Part shown: positions 29,275 through 39,295 of the stretch, piece by piece | Position numbering within the stretch: the first letter of the stretch is position 1 | Layout: every line of letters begins with the position of its first letter | From: Bacillota bacterium | GTDB taxonomy: Bacteria; Bacillota; Ch66 | Direction of reading: 5' to 3' | Length of the DNA stretch: 64,000 nucleotides | Assembly: GCA_013178045.1 (NCBI GenBank) | Contig: JABLXP010000001.1 | Location: 96,780 to 160,779 of the forward strand | Program-made: the position numbers and the translations under genes | Notes under the pieces: generated by a model | Told to the model about the DNA's origin: nothing | What the model saw: only the letters and a program-made list of their open reading frames with translations | The model's database searches: none

Positions 29275-29499
29275 ATGGCCCAGCCAGTTATTGACGACTC
29301 CCATCATGAATTGAGAAGGATTGTGCAGAAAATTTCCTATATTTGTACCAGCGATGAGTTTCAAGCTCTTAAGAAAGAACTTGAAACGCTGTATCGACGG
29401 TATGGGACGGAGCAGCCAGCCATCTCAGCCTTTCAAGATGCTTTATACACCTTGCTTGTTCAGGAAGAAATTGATCTTTTAAGGTCGAGGGCATATTGA
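29275..29499 (+). CDS. Hypothetical small protein (74 aa), upstream partner of the DUF4258 gene
   Basis: ORF with a GGGGAG RBS. No family recognised. Confidence 0.4.
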   Translation: MAQPVIDDSHHELRRIVQKISYICTSDEFQALKKELETLYRRYGTEQPAISAFQDALYTLLVQEEIDLLRSRAY

Positions 29500-29517
29500 G
29501 GTGAAGGATGGGTTTCC

Positions 29518-29739
29518 GTGAAGATCGTTATTACCGACCATGCCAAAAAAAGGCTGCGTGCTCTTCGACAAGAAAAGATTACCCCGGCTGATATTGTTAA
29601 TTCTTCCTTGCAAATCCCGGGATTTATTCCTACAGCGACAAGATTTAGAGGATTTTTGGCTGAATCTGGACGAGTCTTCGATCTGGTGGTAAAAGATATT
29701 CCCGGCGGTCGATTAGTAATAACCGTAATCGGGAAATGA
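29518..29739 (+). CDS. DUF4258-family small protein (toxin-like)
   Basis: MKIVITDHAKKRLRALRQEKI...RVFDLVV...RLVITVI follows the DUF4258 pattern (HAxxRxxxR near the N-terminus, then a ViTV C-terminus). Confidence 0.5.
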   Translation: MKIVITDHAKKRLRALRQEKITPADIVNSSLQIPGFIPTATRFRGFLAESGRVFDLVVKDIPGGRLVITVIGK

Positions 29740-29825
29740 ATTAAACGAGAACCGACGGCTAGGAATACCGATGCTCCGACGGTAATCTTGGCTTTCGGCG
29801 ATTAAGTAAAAAGGAGGTGAAGTGA

Positions 29826-30095
29826 GTGGCTCTGGCGAAGGAACAAAAACAATTGATCATTAACCAGTTCAAAATTCACGAGAACGATACTGGCTCTCCC
29901 GAAGTGCAGATCGCTATTTTGACTGAACGGATCAACAGTTTAACCGAGCATCTGAAAATTCACAAAAAGGATCACCATTCCAGACGGGGCCTGCTCAAAA
30001 TGGTTGGTCAGCGACGCGCACTGTTGAACTATCTTAAAGATAATGATGTTGACCGTTACCGGGCAATCGTTGAACGGCTAGGTCTGCGTCGTTAA
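29826..30095 (+). CDS. rpsO: 30S ribosomal protein S15
   Basis: Standard S15 sequence. Confidence 0.95.
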   Translation: MALAKEQKQLIINQFKIHENDTGSPEVQIAILTERINSLTEHLKIHKKDHHSRRGLLKMVGQRRALLNYLKDNDVDRYRAIVERLGLRR

Positions 30096-30113
30096 TAGCT
30101 TTTGTTACAGTTT

Positions 30114-30140
30114 AAAGAGCGCTTTGTCGCTCTTTTTCTG
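30114..30140 (+). terminator. Rho-independent terminator after rpsO
   Basis: AAAGAGCG-CTTTGT-CGCTCTTT followed by TTCTG. Confidence 0.6.
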
Positions 30141-30291
30141 CTATACTTTATTTTGTTCTCGTCTCAACGTACGGTACCTTCTTAATTTATAAATGGTTGT
30201 TTTTGCTATTAGAAGGAAATAATATATCGTATGTCGAATCTTTCAGAGTTTGCAATAAAAACTTACATGACAACAAGGAAAGGAGGTAAAA

Positions 30292-32418
30292 ATGATGCAC
30301 ACTTTTTCCACAACCCTGGGCGGTCGTCCACTGATTATCGAGTCAGGTAAGATGGCTAAGCAAGCAAATGGGTCAGTCCTGGTCAGATATGGGGATACCG
30401 TGGTTTTGGTTACGGCTACGGCTTCAGCCGAACCGCGGGAAGGGATAGATTTTTTCCCGCTCACCGTGGATTATGAAGAGAGGTTGTACGCAGTGGGTAA
30501 GATCCCAGGTGGCTTTATCAAGCGCGAAGGACGGCCAAGTGAAGCAGCGATTCTTTCTGCCCGGTTGATCGACCGGCCACTCCGCCCACTATTTCCGAAA
30601 GGTTTTCGCAATGATGTTCATATCGTGGCGACAGTGATGTCTGTCGACCAGGATAATGCACCGGACATAACGGCCATGATCGGGGCTTCTGCTGCCTTGA
30701 TGGTCTCAGACATCCCGTTTCAGGGGCCGATCGGGGCAGTGGTGGTTGGTCGTGTTGACGGGGAGTTTGTCATCAACCCCACCAGGGTACAACTCGAAAA
30801 AACAGAGATGTATGTAACTGTAGCGGGAACGAAAGATGCCGTCATGATGGTCGAAGCCGGCGCTAATGAAGTGCCGGAGGATGTAATTCTGGAAGGGATC
30901 ATGTATGGACATGAAGCAATCAAGGGGTTGGTTGATTTCCAGGAGGAGATCCGTCAAGCGATCGGGAAGCCGAAGCGAGAGGTTCCCTTGTACCAAATTG
31001 ATCCCGAAATTGAGATGGCGGTTCGCGAGTATGCCACTGACAAGCTCAATTCCGTTATCCGCACAGCCGACAAGCTCTTGCGAGAGGAGCTAATTCAGGG
31101 AGTTAAGACGGAAACGCTCGAACATTTTTCAGAAACTTATCCTGACCAGCAAAAGCAGATTAAAGATGTGCTGGAAAAAATCATAAAGGAAATAGTGCGC
31201 CGCATGATCACGATCGAGCGAATCAGACCGGATGGTCGCCAACTGGACGAAATTCGACCGATCTCAGTAGAAGTGGGGGTTTTACCACGCACCCACGGTT
31301 CCGGTCTTTTTACCCGTGGTCAAACCCAAGTGCTTACGGTCTGTACACTCGGGGCTGTTGGCGACGAACAGATTCTCGATGGATTGGGCATTGAGGAATC
31401 AAAACGTTATATGCACCATTACAACATGCCTCCGTACAGTGTCGGGGAGGCCAGACCAATGCGGGGGCCAGGCCGACGGGAAATCGGACACGGCGCCTTA
31501 GCGGAGCGGGCCTTAGAGCCGATGATTCCCAACGAAGCCGAGTTTCCGTACACCATCCGGCTGGTTTCCGAGGTACTGGAGTCAAATGGTTCGACTTCCA
31601 TGGGCAGCGTCTGCGGCAGCACTCTGGCCCTGATGGATGCGGGTGTTCCCATCAAGGCCCCAGTAGCGGGGATTGCGATGGGGCTGGTTAAGGAGGGCGA
31701 CGAGTTTGCTGTCCTGAGTGATATCCAGGGGATCGAAGACGCGCTGGGAGATATGGACTTTAAAGTTGCTGGTACGAAAAAAGGAGTTACCGCTCTACAG
31801 ATGGATATTAAGATCGCGGGGGTTAATCGAGCTATTTTGGAAAAGGCCTTGGCCCAAGCTCGAGCTGGCCGGTTGTTCATAATGGACAAGATGCTGGCGG
31901 TTATTGATCGACCGCGTCCTGATTTGTCACCTTACGCGCCGCGAATTATCACGGCGACAATCGATCCAGACAAAATTCGTGATGTCATTGGTCCCGGTGG
32001 CAAGACCATCAAAAAGATTATTGATGAAACCGGGGTCAGTATTGATATTGAGGATGATGGTCGTGTCTTTATTGCGGCGATTGACGCGGAAGCAGGTAAG
32101 GAAGCCTTGCGGATCATTGAAGCATTAACCCAGGAAGTCGAAGTTGGACGGACTTACCTGGGCAAAGTGGTTCGGCTCATGGATTTCGGGGCCTTTGTCG
32201 AAATTATCCCGGGAGTTCTGGGAATGCCTGGCAAGGAAGGGCTGTTGCACATCTCCCAATTGGCTGAGGAGCGGGTAGCTCGAGTCCGCGGCGTGGTCAG
32301 TGAGGGCGATGAAATCCTGGTGAAGGTAACTGATATTGACAAACAGGGGCGAATCAATCTATCGCGAAAGGAAGTTTTGCGCAGCCAGCGAAAACTTAGG
32401 GAAAAAGAAAAGAATTGA
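30292..32418 (+). CDS. pnp: Polynucleotide phosphorylase
   Basis: Two RNase PH domains plus KH and S1 domains. AGGAGG RBS. Confidence 0.95.
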   Translation: MMHTFSTTLGGRPLIIESGKMAKQANGSVLVRYGDTVVLVTATASAEPREGIDFFPLTVDYEERLYAVGKIPGGFIKREGRPSEAAILSARLIDRPLRPLFPKGFRNDVHIVATVMSVDQDNAPDITAMIGASAALMVSDIPFQGPIGAVVVGRVDGEFVINPTRVQLEKTEMYVTVAGTKDAVMMVEAGANEVPEDVILEGIMYGHEAIKGLVDFQEEIRQAIGKPKREVPLYQIDPEIEMAVREYATDKLNSVIRTADKLLREELIQGVKTETLEHFSETYPDQQKQIKDVLEKIIKEIVRRMITIERIRPDGRQLDEIRPISVEVGVLPRTHGSGLFTRGQTQVLTVCTLGAVGDEQILDGLGIEESKRYMHHYNMPPYSVGEARPMRGPGRREIGHGALAERALEPMIPNEAEFPYTIRLVSEVLESNGSTSMGSVCGSTLALMDAGVPIKAPVAGIAMGLVKEGDEFAVLSDIQGIEDALGDMDFKVAGTKKGVTALQMDIKIAGVNRAILEKALAQARAGRLFIMDKMLAVIDRPRPDLSPYAPRIITATIDPDKIRDVIGPGGKTIKKIIDETGVSIDIEDDGRVFIAAIDAEAGKEALRIIEALTQEVEVGRTYLGKVVRLMDFGAFVEIIPGVLGMPGKEGLLHISQLAEERVARVRGVVSEGDEILVKVTDIDKQGRINLSRKEVLRSQRKLREKEKN

Positions 32419-32423
32419 TCAAA

Positions 32424-32452
32424 ATAAACCGAGCCAACTCGGTTTATTTTAT
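32424..32452 (+). terminator. Rho-independent terminator after pnp
   Basis: AAACCGAG-CCAA-CTCGGTTT followed by ATTTT. Confidence 0.7.
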
Positions 32453-32524
32453 AGGGATATATTGGAAGCATAATTATAACCCGACCGACATACAGTTATG
32501 GCGATAGAATTCGCATGATATGGA

Positions 32525-33262
32525 GTGATCGGTGTGCGGTTTTATTATTTTTTTCAGTTCCGGCGGCTTAAACAACTGGCTTTATTCTTAATGATAATTG
32601 GTATCGCCCTAGAGGTAGTCTACCAGAGTTGGCGCGATCAGGCTACCTTATCAGTCACAAACCCCAACGGACCAATTCGCCGGGGAAATACCGGGCAAAG
32701 GGTGGTCGCTTTGACCTGCAATGTTGATTGGGGTGAGGAATATTTACCAGCTCTTTTGGAGATTCTGGCGAGCCAACAAGTCAAGGTCACCTTTTTTATT
32801 AGTGGGCGGTGGGCTGAGAGAAATCCTGAACTGACCAAGCAGATCGCCGCTGGTGGTCATGAGATCGGCAACCATGGATACTCCCACCCTCACCCGAATA
32901 ATCTTTCCCGCGAACAATTAATACGAGAGATTCAAAGAACTCATGATACTTTAACCCGGATTACTGGTCAGCCAGTGAAGCTGTTTGCTCCTCCATACGG
33001 TGAATGTAGCCCGAAGGTAGTCAACACCACGGCTTCTCTTGGCTACCGGGTAGTCCTCTGGAGTTTAGATACCATCGATTGGCAAAAACCAGTTCCTTCA
33101 GTGATTGTTCAGCGCGTGGTACCGCGAATCCATAATGACGCGATCATCTTGATGCATCCAACCTTCCCAACGGTTAAAGCTTTACCCCAGATTATCGACC
33201 AGCTCCGAAAGCAGGGCTATGAGTTTAAAACTGTTTCAGAAATCAGTTCTTTTCTATCCTGA
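32525..33262 (+). CDS. Polysaccharide deacetylase family sporulation protein (PdaB/YlxY-like)
   Basis: NodB-domain motifs (TCNVDWG, HEIGNHGYSHP) at the position after pnp seen in Bacilli and Clostridia. Signal-anchor N-terminus. Confidence 0.8.
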   Translation: MIGVRFYYFFQFRRLKQLALFLMIIGIALEVVYQSWRDQATLSVTNPNGPIRRGNTGQRVVALTCNVDWGEEYLPALLEILASQQVKVTFFISGRWAERNPELTKQIAAGGHEIGNHGYSHPHPNNLSREQLIREIQRTHDTLTRITGQPVKLFAPPYGECSPKVVNTTASLGYRVVLWSLDTIDWQKPVPSVIVQRVVPRIHNDAIILMHPTFPTVKALPQIIDQLRKQGYEFKTVSEISSFLS

Positions 33263-33325
33263 TTAAAGGAATTTGTCGGATTAGTCGCGAATTACATTTA
33301 AATGGGCAAATTAAGGAGGAATGGT

Positions 33326-34600
33326 ATGCTGGACTACCGAAAAGAGATTCTTCCTAATGGAGTAAGAATAGTCACCGAGGAGATTCCGTACATACGTTCA
33401 GTCGCGATAGGAATATGGGTTGGTGTTGGTTCACGGGACGAAGACGAACACAACAACGGAGTCTCTCATTTTATCGAACACCTCTTATTTAAGGGAACAA
33501 AAAACCGAACAGCCAAGCAAATCGCGGAAGCCTTGGAGGCGGTAGGGGGACAGCTCAACGCTTTTACAACTAAAGAATATACCTGTTACTATGCTCGTGC
33601 TTTGGATGAACATTTTGATCTTGCGGTAGACATACTTTCAGATATATTTTTTAATTCTCTGTTCGATCCCAAGGTAATCGATACCGAGCGCAATGTCATC
33701 CTGGAAGAGATCCATATGTATGAGGACTCTCCCGATGAGCTCATTCATGACCTCTTTGCCCAGGTGATTTGGCAAGGACATCCACTGGGACGGCCGATCC
33801 TGGGTACCATGGCTACGGTTAGTAGCTTGACCCATGCTGATATTATAAATTATTTCCAAAAACATTATGTCCCTGAGGATGTAGTCATCGCTGTGGCTGG
33901 CCGAGTAGAACATGCTGCGGTTATGGATAAGTTGGGTCCGGTATTTGGGGCATGGGAAAGGGAACGTGTTCCCAAAAACGCTGAAGCACCGGTAGCCCGG
34001 GCGACAACAGTGATGAGTGAAAAGAAGACGGAGCAGATCCAGATTTGTTTGGGTACACCCGGGGTGGCGCAGACTGATGACCGCCTGTATATCCTGCATG
34101 TGTTGAACAACGTTTTAGGGGGAGGAGTAAGTTCTCGTTTATTTCAGGAGATTAGAGAAGAACGCGGACTGGCTTACTCTGTGTATTCTTATCACTCGGC
34201 TTATCGGGACAGTGGTTTATTTAGCATTTACGCCGGGACAAGCCCAAATAATATGGAAATGGTGCTTGAACTAATCATGGAAGAAATAAGCAAAATCAAG
34301 CGGGAAGGGATTACTCAGGCAGAAATAGAACGGACAAAAAACCAGATTAAGGGTAATCTGTATCTTGGTCTGGAGAATGTAAACAGTCGAATGAGCCGCC
34401 TGGGCAAGTCTGAACTGTGTTACGGGCGGATCATTTCGCCGGATGAGGTGATCGCCAAGATCGAGAAAGTGACTGCCGATGATCTGATCAATTTAGCCCG
34501 GGAGATGTTTAACGTGAACAAGTTTGCTCTAGCGACGATCGGTCCAAAACGTGAGACACCGGCTGATATGGGCTTTTGGTTAAACAAGGCTGGGTTATAA
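33326..34600 (+). CDS. M16-family zinc peptidase (MlpA/YmxG-like)
   Basis: HFIEHLLFKGT inverted zincin motif. AAGGAGG RBS before the ATG at 33326. The ORF-track start is 33302. Confidence 0.85.
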   Translation: MLDYRKEILPNGVRIVTEEIPYIRSVAIGIWVGVGSRDEDEHNNGVSHFIEHLLFKGTKNRTAKQIAEALEAVGGQLNAFTTKEYTCYYARALDEHFDLAVDILSDIFFNSLFDPKVIDTERNVILEEIHMYEDSPDELIHDLFAQVIWQGHPLGRPILGTMATVSSLTHADIINYFQKHYVPEDVVIAVAGRVEHAAVMDKLGPVFGAWERERVPKNAEAPVARATTVMSEKKTEQIQICLGTPGVAQTDDRLYILHVLNNVLGGGVSSRLFQEIREERGLAYSVYSYHSAYRDSGLFSIYAGTSPNNMEMVLELIMEEISKIKREGITQAEIERTKNQIKGNLYLGLENVNSRMSRLGKSELCYGRIISPDEVIAKIEKVTADDLINLAREMFNVNKFALATIGPKRETPADMGFWLNKAGL

Positions 34601-34618
34601 CATTTGGGGGGAACCATT

Positions 34619-35098
34619 GTGTCAGCAACAATAACGGTAAAAGTGAAAAAACTGTCTCCCCGGGTGGGGAGTGAATTTGAACTACCCTGCTATGCGACAC
34701 CTGGTTCGGCAGGTATGGATTTATGCGCCTGCCTGGACCAGCCAGTGATTATCAGATCGGGAAAGAGGGCGGTTATTCCCACGGGGTTAGCCTTCCAACT
34801 GCCTGAACAGGTTGTCGGGCTGATTTTTTCCCGGAGTGGACACGGTCGCCATCATGGAGTTAAGCTGGGTAACAGTGTTGGGGTTTTAGACTCGGACTAT
34901 ATTGGCGAGGTTCAAGTTGTATTAGAGAATGGCGGCGAAGAAGATTTTACGGTTAAACCGGGGGATCGCATCGCCCAGATTGTGTTTATGCCGGTGTTTT
35001 CCGCCCAGCTCCTGGTGGTGGATGAATTGAATCAGACTGAACGGGGAGCCGGCGGGTTTGGCTCTACCGGTGTTGTTGGCAAAAAGAAATCGCCTTAA
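34619..35098 (+). CDS. dut: dUTP diphosphatase
   Basis: dUTPase motifs (AGMDL, SRSG, GVLDSDYIGE). GTG start after a GGGGGGA RBS. The ORF-track TTG start is 34604. Confidence 0.85.
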   Translation: MSATITVKVKKLSPRVGSEFELPCYATPGSAGMDLCACLDQPVIIRSGKRAVIPTGLAFQLPEQVVGLIFSRSGHGRHHGVKLGNSVGVLDSDYIGEVQVVLENGGEEDFTVKPGDRIAQIVFMPVFSAQLLVVDELNQTERGAGGFGSTGVVGKKKSP

Positions 35099-35184
35099 GG
35101 CGGTTTATTTTGTGCACATAACCCGGGTCAGATCAACATATGGATGAAGTAGTGCAAGTTAACCATTAGTGGGAGGGCCCGGCT

Positions 35185-35454
35185 ATGCGGCTGAGCGAAC
35201 TCGTTGGCAAGGAGATTGTCAATATCTATGATGGAGTCCGACTGGGGGTTGTGGGTGATTCCGACCTGATGATTGATCCCGAAACCGGCCAAATCCAGTC
35301 AATCATTTTGCCGAACCGCACTAATTTCGTTAACTTTTGGGTTGACCGGCAGCACCTGGTGATCCCCTGGGAAGCGGTCCGCAAGATTGGCACGGAAGTG
35401 ATCATTGTGGACCTTGATCATACACACGTCCGTTTGCGGCGATATTTGGGGTAA
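35185..35454 (+). CDS. YlmC/YmxH family sporulation protein (PRC-barrel)
   Basis: LVGKEIVNIYDGVRLGVV...DPETGQI is the YlmC/YmxH signature. Confidence 0.8.
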   Translation: MRLSELVGKEIVNIYDGVRLGVVGDSDLMIDPETGQIQSIILPNRTNFVNFWVDRQHLVIPWEAVRKIGTEVIIVDLDHTHVRLRRYLG

Positions 35455-35599
35455 TTCACTTAATCCTAACCGCTGCTGGACGGTGTTTTTTTTATTACCT
35501 GTTTGGTCTTTTGTGTTTGTTTACACATTTATTGACATAAAAAGACTTTTGTACGAGAATAATCTTTAAAGATGGACAAGGTTGGAAGGAGAGACAAGC

Positions 35600-36406
35600 A
35601 TGACCGAACAAATTCGGGTTGTGGTTACGGGGGCATATGGCAAAATGGGTCGAGAAGTTGTAAAATCAGTGGTTGGTGACCCAACCCTAAAATTAGTTGG
35701 CGCTGTTGATGTTAAGGGTAAAGGAACTGATGCCGGTTATCTTGCGGGAATTGATCCGGTTGGTGTGGCGATTTCTACTGACCTGGAAGGGTTGTTAAAC
35801 GAGGTGCAGGCTGAAGTTTTGATTGATTTTACCAATCCCCAGGCGGTGCTGCGTAACATTCAAATCGCCTTGAATAAAAAAGTCTGCCCGGTTGTGGGAA
35901 CGACAGGAATGACAGAAGATGATCGTCAAGCAGTAGCCAAGCTGGCCGAAGAAGTTGGCGTGGGAGTGGTGATCGCGCCTAATTTTGCCTTGGGAGCAGT
36001 CTTAATGATGCGTTTTGCCAAGGAAGCGGCTCGCTATTTTCCCCATGTGGAGATCATTGAATTACATCACGATCAAAAAGTGGACGCCCCATCGGGAACT
36101 GCCCTACGTACCGCTGAACTAATTTCGGAAGAGCGAAAACCGCATCATCAGGGGGCGATCAACGAGTATGAGAAAATAAAAGGAGTCCGGGGTGGCAACT
36201 TTGAGGGCATGAGGATTCACAGTATTCGCCTGCCTGGACTGGTGGCCCATCAGGAGGTCATCCTAGGGGGGAATGGACAGACTCTGTCTATTCGCCACGA
36301 TTCTATCCATCGGGAATCTTTTATGCCCGGTGTTCTGCTGGCTGTGCATAAAGTTCAACAGGTCAAAGGAGTCATTTATGGTCTGGAAAATTTATTGGAT
36401 TTATAA
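35600..36406 (+). CDS. dapB: 4-hydroxy-tetrahydrodipicolinate reductase
   Basis: IRVVVTGAYGKMG NAD(P)-binding N-terminus and EIIELHHDQKVDAPSGTA DapB motif. The ORF-track start is 35582. Confidence 0.9.
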   Translation: MTEQIRVVVTGAYGKMGREVVKSVVGDPTLKLVGAVDVKGKGTDAGYLAGIDPVGVAISTDLEGLLNEVQAEVLIDFTNPQAVLRNIQIALNKKVCPVVGTTGMTEDDRQAVAKLAEEVGVGVVIAPNFALGAVLMMRFAKEAARYFPHVEIIELHHDQKVDAPSGTALRTAELISEERKPHHQGAINEYEKIKGVRGGNFEGMRIHSIRLPGLVAHQEVILGGNGQTLSIRHDSIHRESFMPGVLLAVHKVQQVKGVIYGLENLLDL

Positions 36407-36566
36407 TGATTTATAATTTGGGAGGGTTTAAAAGCAATAAATAGTGACTAATTGAATATGGAACAGGCATTAACAAGCACCTCCTGATCGCGTGACTCAT
36501 ATATTGGTAGTGGGCATAGAGAACCAATACTAGGAAGGGGAGCCACCGGGAAAAGGAGGGTAGAGA

Positions 36567-37481
36567 ATGAGTGCAAATTTAACCGGTCTTAAAATAGCAG
36601 TATTGGGTGGAGACGACCGTGAACTGGTCTTAATCCCGGAATTGATGAAACTGGGAGCACTGGTTTCGGTAGCAGGTTTCCCTCCCAGGCCAGAACTTGC
36701 TAACGCTAGACTAATCGAAACGGTTGAGGCAGCTATTCATGGAGTAGATGCAATCATCCTTCCGATGCCAGGAATAGATGCAAGCGGCAATATTCGTGCT
36801 GTCTACGCGACTCGTAAGCTGGCGTTAACGGAGGAAATTGTCAGACAAATTCCAGCCGATACCCCAATCATTATCGGAGTGGCGCGGCCAATTTTACGCG
36901 AATGGGCAAACAAGTATCGTTTGCACCTGATTGAAATCGCTGAAATGGACGAAGTCGCGATCTTAAATTCTGTTCCTTCGGCGGAAGGGGCGATTCAGAT
37001 TGCGATGGAAGAACTGCCGATCACCATCCATAGTAGTCAGGCGTTTGTGTTGGGCTTTGGACGAACCGGTAAAACTCTGGCCCGAATGCTGCAAGGGATC
37101 GGGGCACACACGACGGTTGTGGCTCGAAAAAAGGCCGATTTAGCGCGGATTTGGGAGATGGGATTTCGCGGCTTAACTTTTACCGAGCTAACTCAGTATA
37201 TCCAAGAGGCAGAGATTATCTTCAACACGGTGCCGGCCATGGTACTTGATGAAGAGATTCTCCGAAAGGTTAACCGTGAGGCCTTAATCGTTGACCTGGC
37301 TTCCACCCCCGGGGGAACAGATTTCCTAGCCGCAGAGCGGTTGGGAATTAAGGCGATTCTGGCGCCAGGGCTACCTGGAAAAGTAGCACCCAAAACGGCT
37401 GGGCTGATCCTGGCCCGAGTCATTCCACCACTCATTGTCCGCGAAGTTGCCAGGGCACAAAAGCGTTTGCTTTTTAGTTGA
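36567..37481 (+). CDS. spoVFA: Dipicolinate synthase subunit A
   Basis: DpaA family sequence with an AAGGAGGG RBS, followed by the subunit B flavoprotein. Confidence 0.85.
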   Translation: MSANLTGLKIAVLGGDDRELVLIPELMKLGALVSVAGFPPRPELANARLIETVEAAIHGVDAIILPMPGIDASGNIRAVYATRKLALTEEIVRQIPADTPIIIGVARPILREWANKYRLHLIEIAEMDEVAILNSVPSAEGAIQIAMEELPITIHSSQAFVLGFGRTGKTLARMLQGIGAHTTVVARKKADLARIWEMGFRGLTFTELTQYIQEAEIIFNTVPAMVLDEEILRKVNREALIVDLASTPGGTDFLAAERLGIKAILAPGLPGKVAPKTAGLILARVIPPLIVREVARAQKRLLFS

Positions 37482-37502
37482 GGCACGTGGGAGGTGCTGC
37501 AC

Positions 37503-38114
37503 ATGCGTTTGGCAGGGGTTAAAATTGGCTTTGTTATGACCGGCTCGCACTGTACAATCCCTGAGGTCTTGCCGGAGGTAGAAAAACTTATCACCGAGGG
37601 AGCAGAAATAATCCCGATTTTTTCCTATACAGTTAACTGTACTGATACCCGTTTTGGAAAAGCTGAACAGTGGCGAAAGTGGTTTGAAGGGATAAGTGGT
37701 CGTCAAGTGATCGCCTCAATTGTTGATGCCGAGCCGATTGGACCACAAAAGCTGTTGGATTTAATCGTGGTGGCGCCCTGTACTGGCACTACCCTGGCCA
37801 AGTTAGCTAATGGGATTATTGATACCCCAGCTTTGATGGCTATTAAGGCCCATCTGCGTAACCAGCGGCCAGTGGTAATTGCGATCTCGACAAATGATGG
37901 ATTGGGGCTCAACGCTAGAAATTTAGGAATATTAATGAACCTGAAGAATATCTACTTTGTCCCCTTTGGGCAGGATAATCCCCAAGAAAAGGCCAATTCC
38001 CTTGTGGCCCACATGGATCTAATCGTGGAGACAACGATCCTGGCTCTACAGGGTAAGCAGATTCAACCTATCCTAATCAGCCCAAAAGTGCACCAGAATA
38101 GTTGTGCCAATTAG
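37503..38114 (+). CDS. spoVFB: Dipicolinate synthase subunit B (flavoprotein)
   Basis: KIGFVMTGSHCT flavoprotein motif. ATG 9 nt after GGGAGGTG. The ORF-track start is 37494. Confidence 0.85.
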   Translation: MRLAGVKIGFVMTGSHCTIPEVLPEVEKLITEGAEIIPIFSYTVNCTDTRFGKAEQWRKWFEGISGRQVIASIVDAEPIGPQKLLDLIVVAPCTGTTLAKLANGIIDTPALMAIKAHLRNQRPVVIAISTNDGLGLNARNLGILMNLKNIYFVPFGQDNPQEKANSLVAHMDLIVETTILALQGKQIQPILISPKVHQNSCAN

Positions 38115-38223
38115 ACATTGGGGATTTTTTTGTAGCCGGTCGTAAAATATTGTACCCCTTCCGAAACGGTTATGCTAAAATTATAAAAACAATAAAATCT
38201 ACCCGCAGTAGGAGGTAACAACA

Positions 38224-39234
38224 ATGAAAAAATATAACGTGGCGGTAGTTGGGGCGACCGGTGCTGTCGGGCAGGAAATGCTGAAGGTACTGGCGGAGCG
38301 AAATTTCCCAGTAGGAGAGGTTAAGATGCTGGCCGACCCCCGAGAAGAGGGCACTAAAATTACCTTCAAGGGTCAGGAATATACCGTTTTTGGTGCAGAG
38401 CCAGAATCTTTTAATAATGTGCAAATCGCTTTGTTTGCCGCGGGAGAAGTAGTCAAAGAATTAGCCCCGGCAGCAGTAAAAAAAGGTGCGGTTGTAATCG
38501 ACAATAGTAGTACTTTTCGACTTGATCCCGCTGTTCCACTGGTGGTGCCGGAGGTTAATCCAGAAGACGTTCGACAGCACCAGGGGATTATTGCCAACCC
38601 AAACTGCTCAACCATCATTATGGTTGTTGCTCTCAAGCCAATTCATGATGCAGCTGGGATTAAACGGGTGGTTGTTTCAACCTACCAGGCAGTATCAGGA
38701 GCGGGAAAAGCTGGCATTGAAGAACTAAAACTGCAAACCCCAAAAGTTTTGGCCGGCGAGCCGATTCAGCCGGATGTTTTCCAGTATCAGATTGCATTTA
38801 ATTTAATCCCCCATATTGATATTTTCGTGGAAAAAGATTACACCAAAGAAGAAATGAAGATGGTTTATGAAACCCGGAAGATTATGCATGAACCCGATAT
38901 GGCCATTACTGCGACCACGGTGCGGGTGCCGGTCTTCCGCAGCCATTCTGAATCGGTAAACATCGAAACCGAAAAGAAAATTACTGCTGAGGAAGCACGC
39001 GAGATCCTGTGCCGGGCTCCAGGAGTGATTGTTTTAGATAACCCGGCAAAAAAAGAATATCCGATGCCGATCATTACTTCAGATACCGACGAAGTTTATG
39101 TTGGACGCATTAGAGAAGATATATCGATCGATAAAGGTTTAAACCTCTGGGTCGTGGCCGATCAAATTCGCAAGGGGGCGGCCACCAATGCGGTCCAGAT
39201 TGCAGAAATACTGGTGAAGGAGAACTTGCTCTAA
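38224..39234 (+). CDS. asd: Aspartate-semialdehyde dehydrogenase
   Basis: VAVVGATGAVG and the NPNCSTI active-site cysteine motif. Confidence 0.95.
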   Translation: MKKYNVAVVGATGAVGQEMLKVLAERNFPVGEVKMLADPREEGTKITFKGQEYTVFGAEPESFNNVQIALFAAGEVVKELAPAAVKKGAVVIDNSSTFRLDPAVPLVVPEVNPEDVRQHQGIIANPNCSTIIMVVALKPIHDAAGIKRVVVSTYQAVSGAGKAGIEELKLQTPKVLAGEPIQPDVFQYQIAFNLIPHIDIFVEKDYTKEEMKMVYETRKIMHEPDMAITATTVRVPVFRSHSESVNIETEKKITAEEAREILCRAPGVIVLDNPAKKEYPMPIITSDTDEVYVGRIREDISIDKGLNLWVVADQIRKGAATNAVQIAEILVKENLL

Positions 39235-39295
39235 CCTCAGACTGATTTTTAGTTTTCATAAACTACCCCAGACTAAATCTAGGAGGGTGGCCTAG

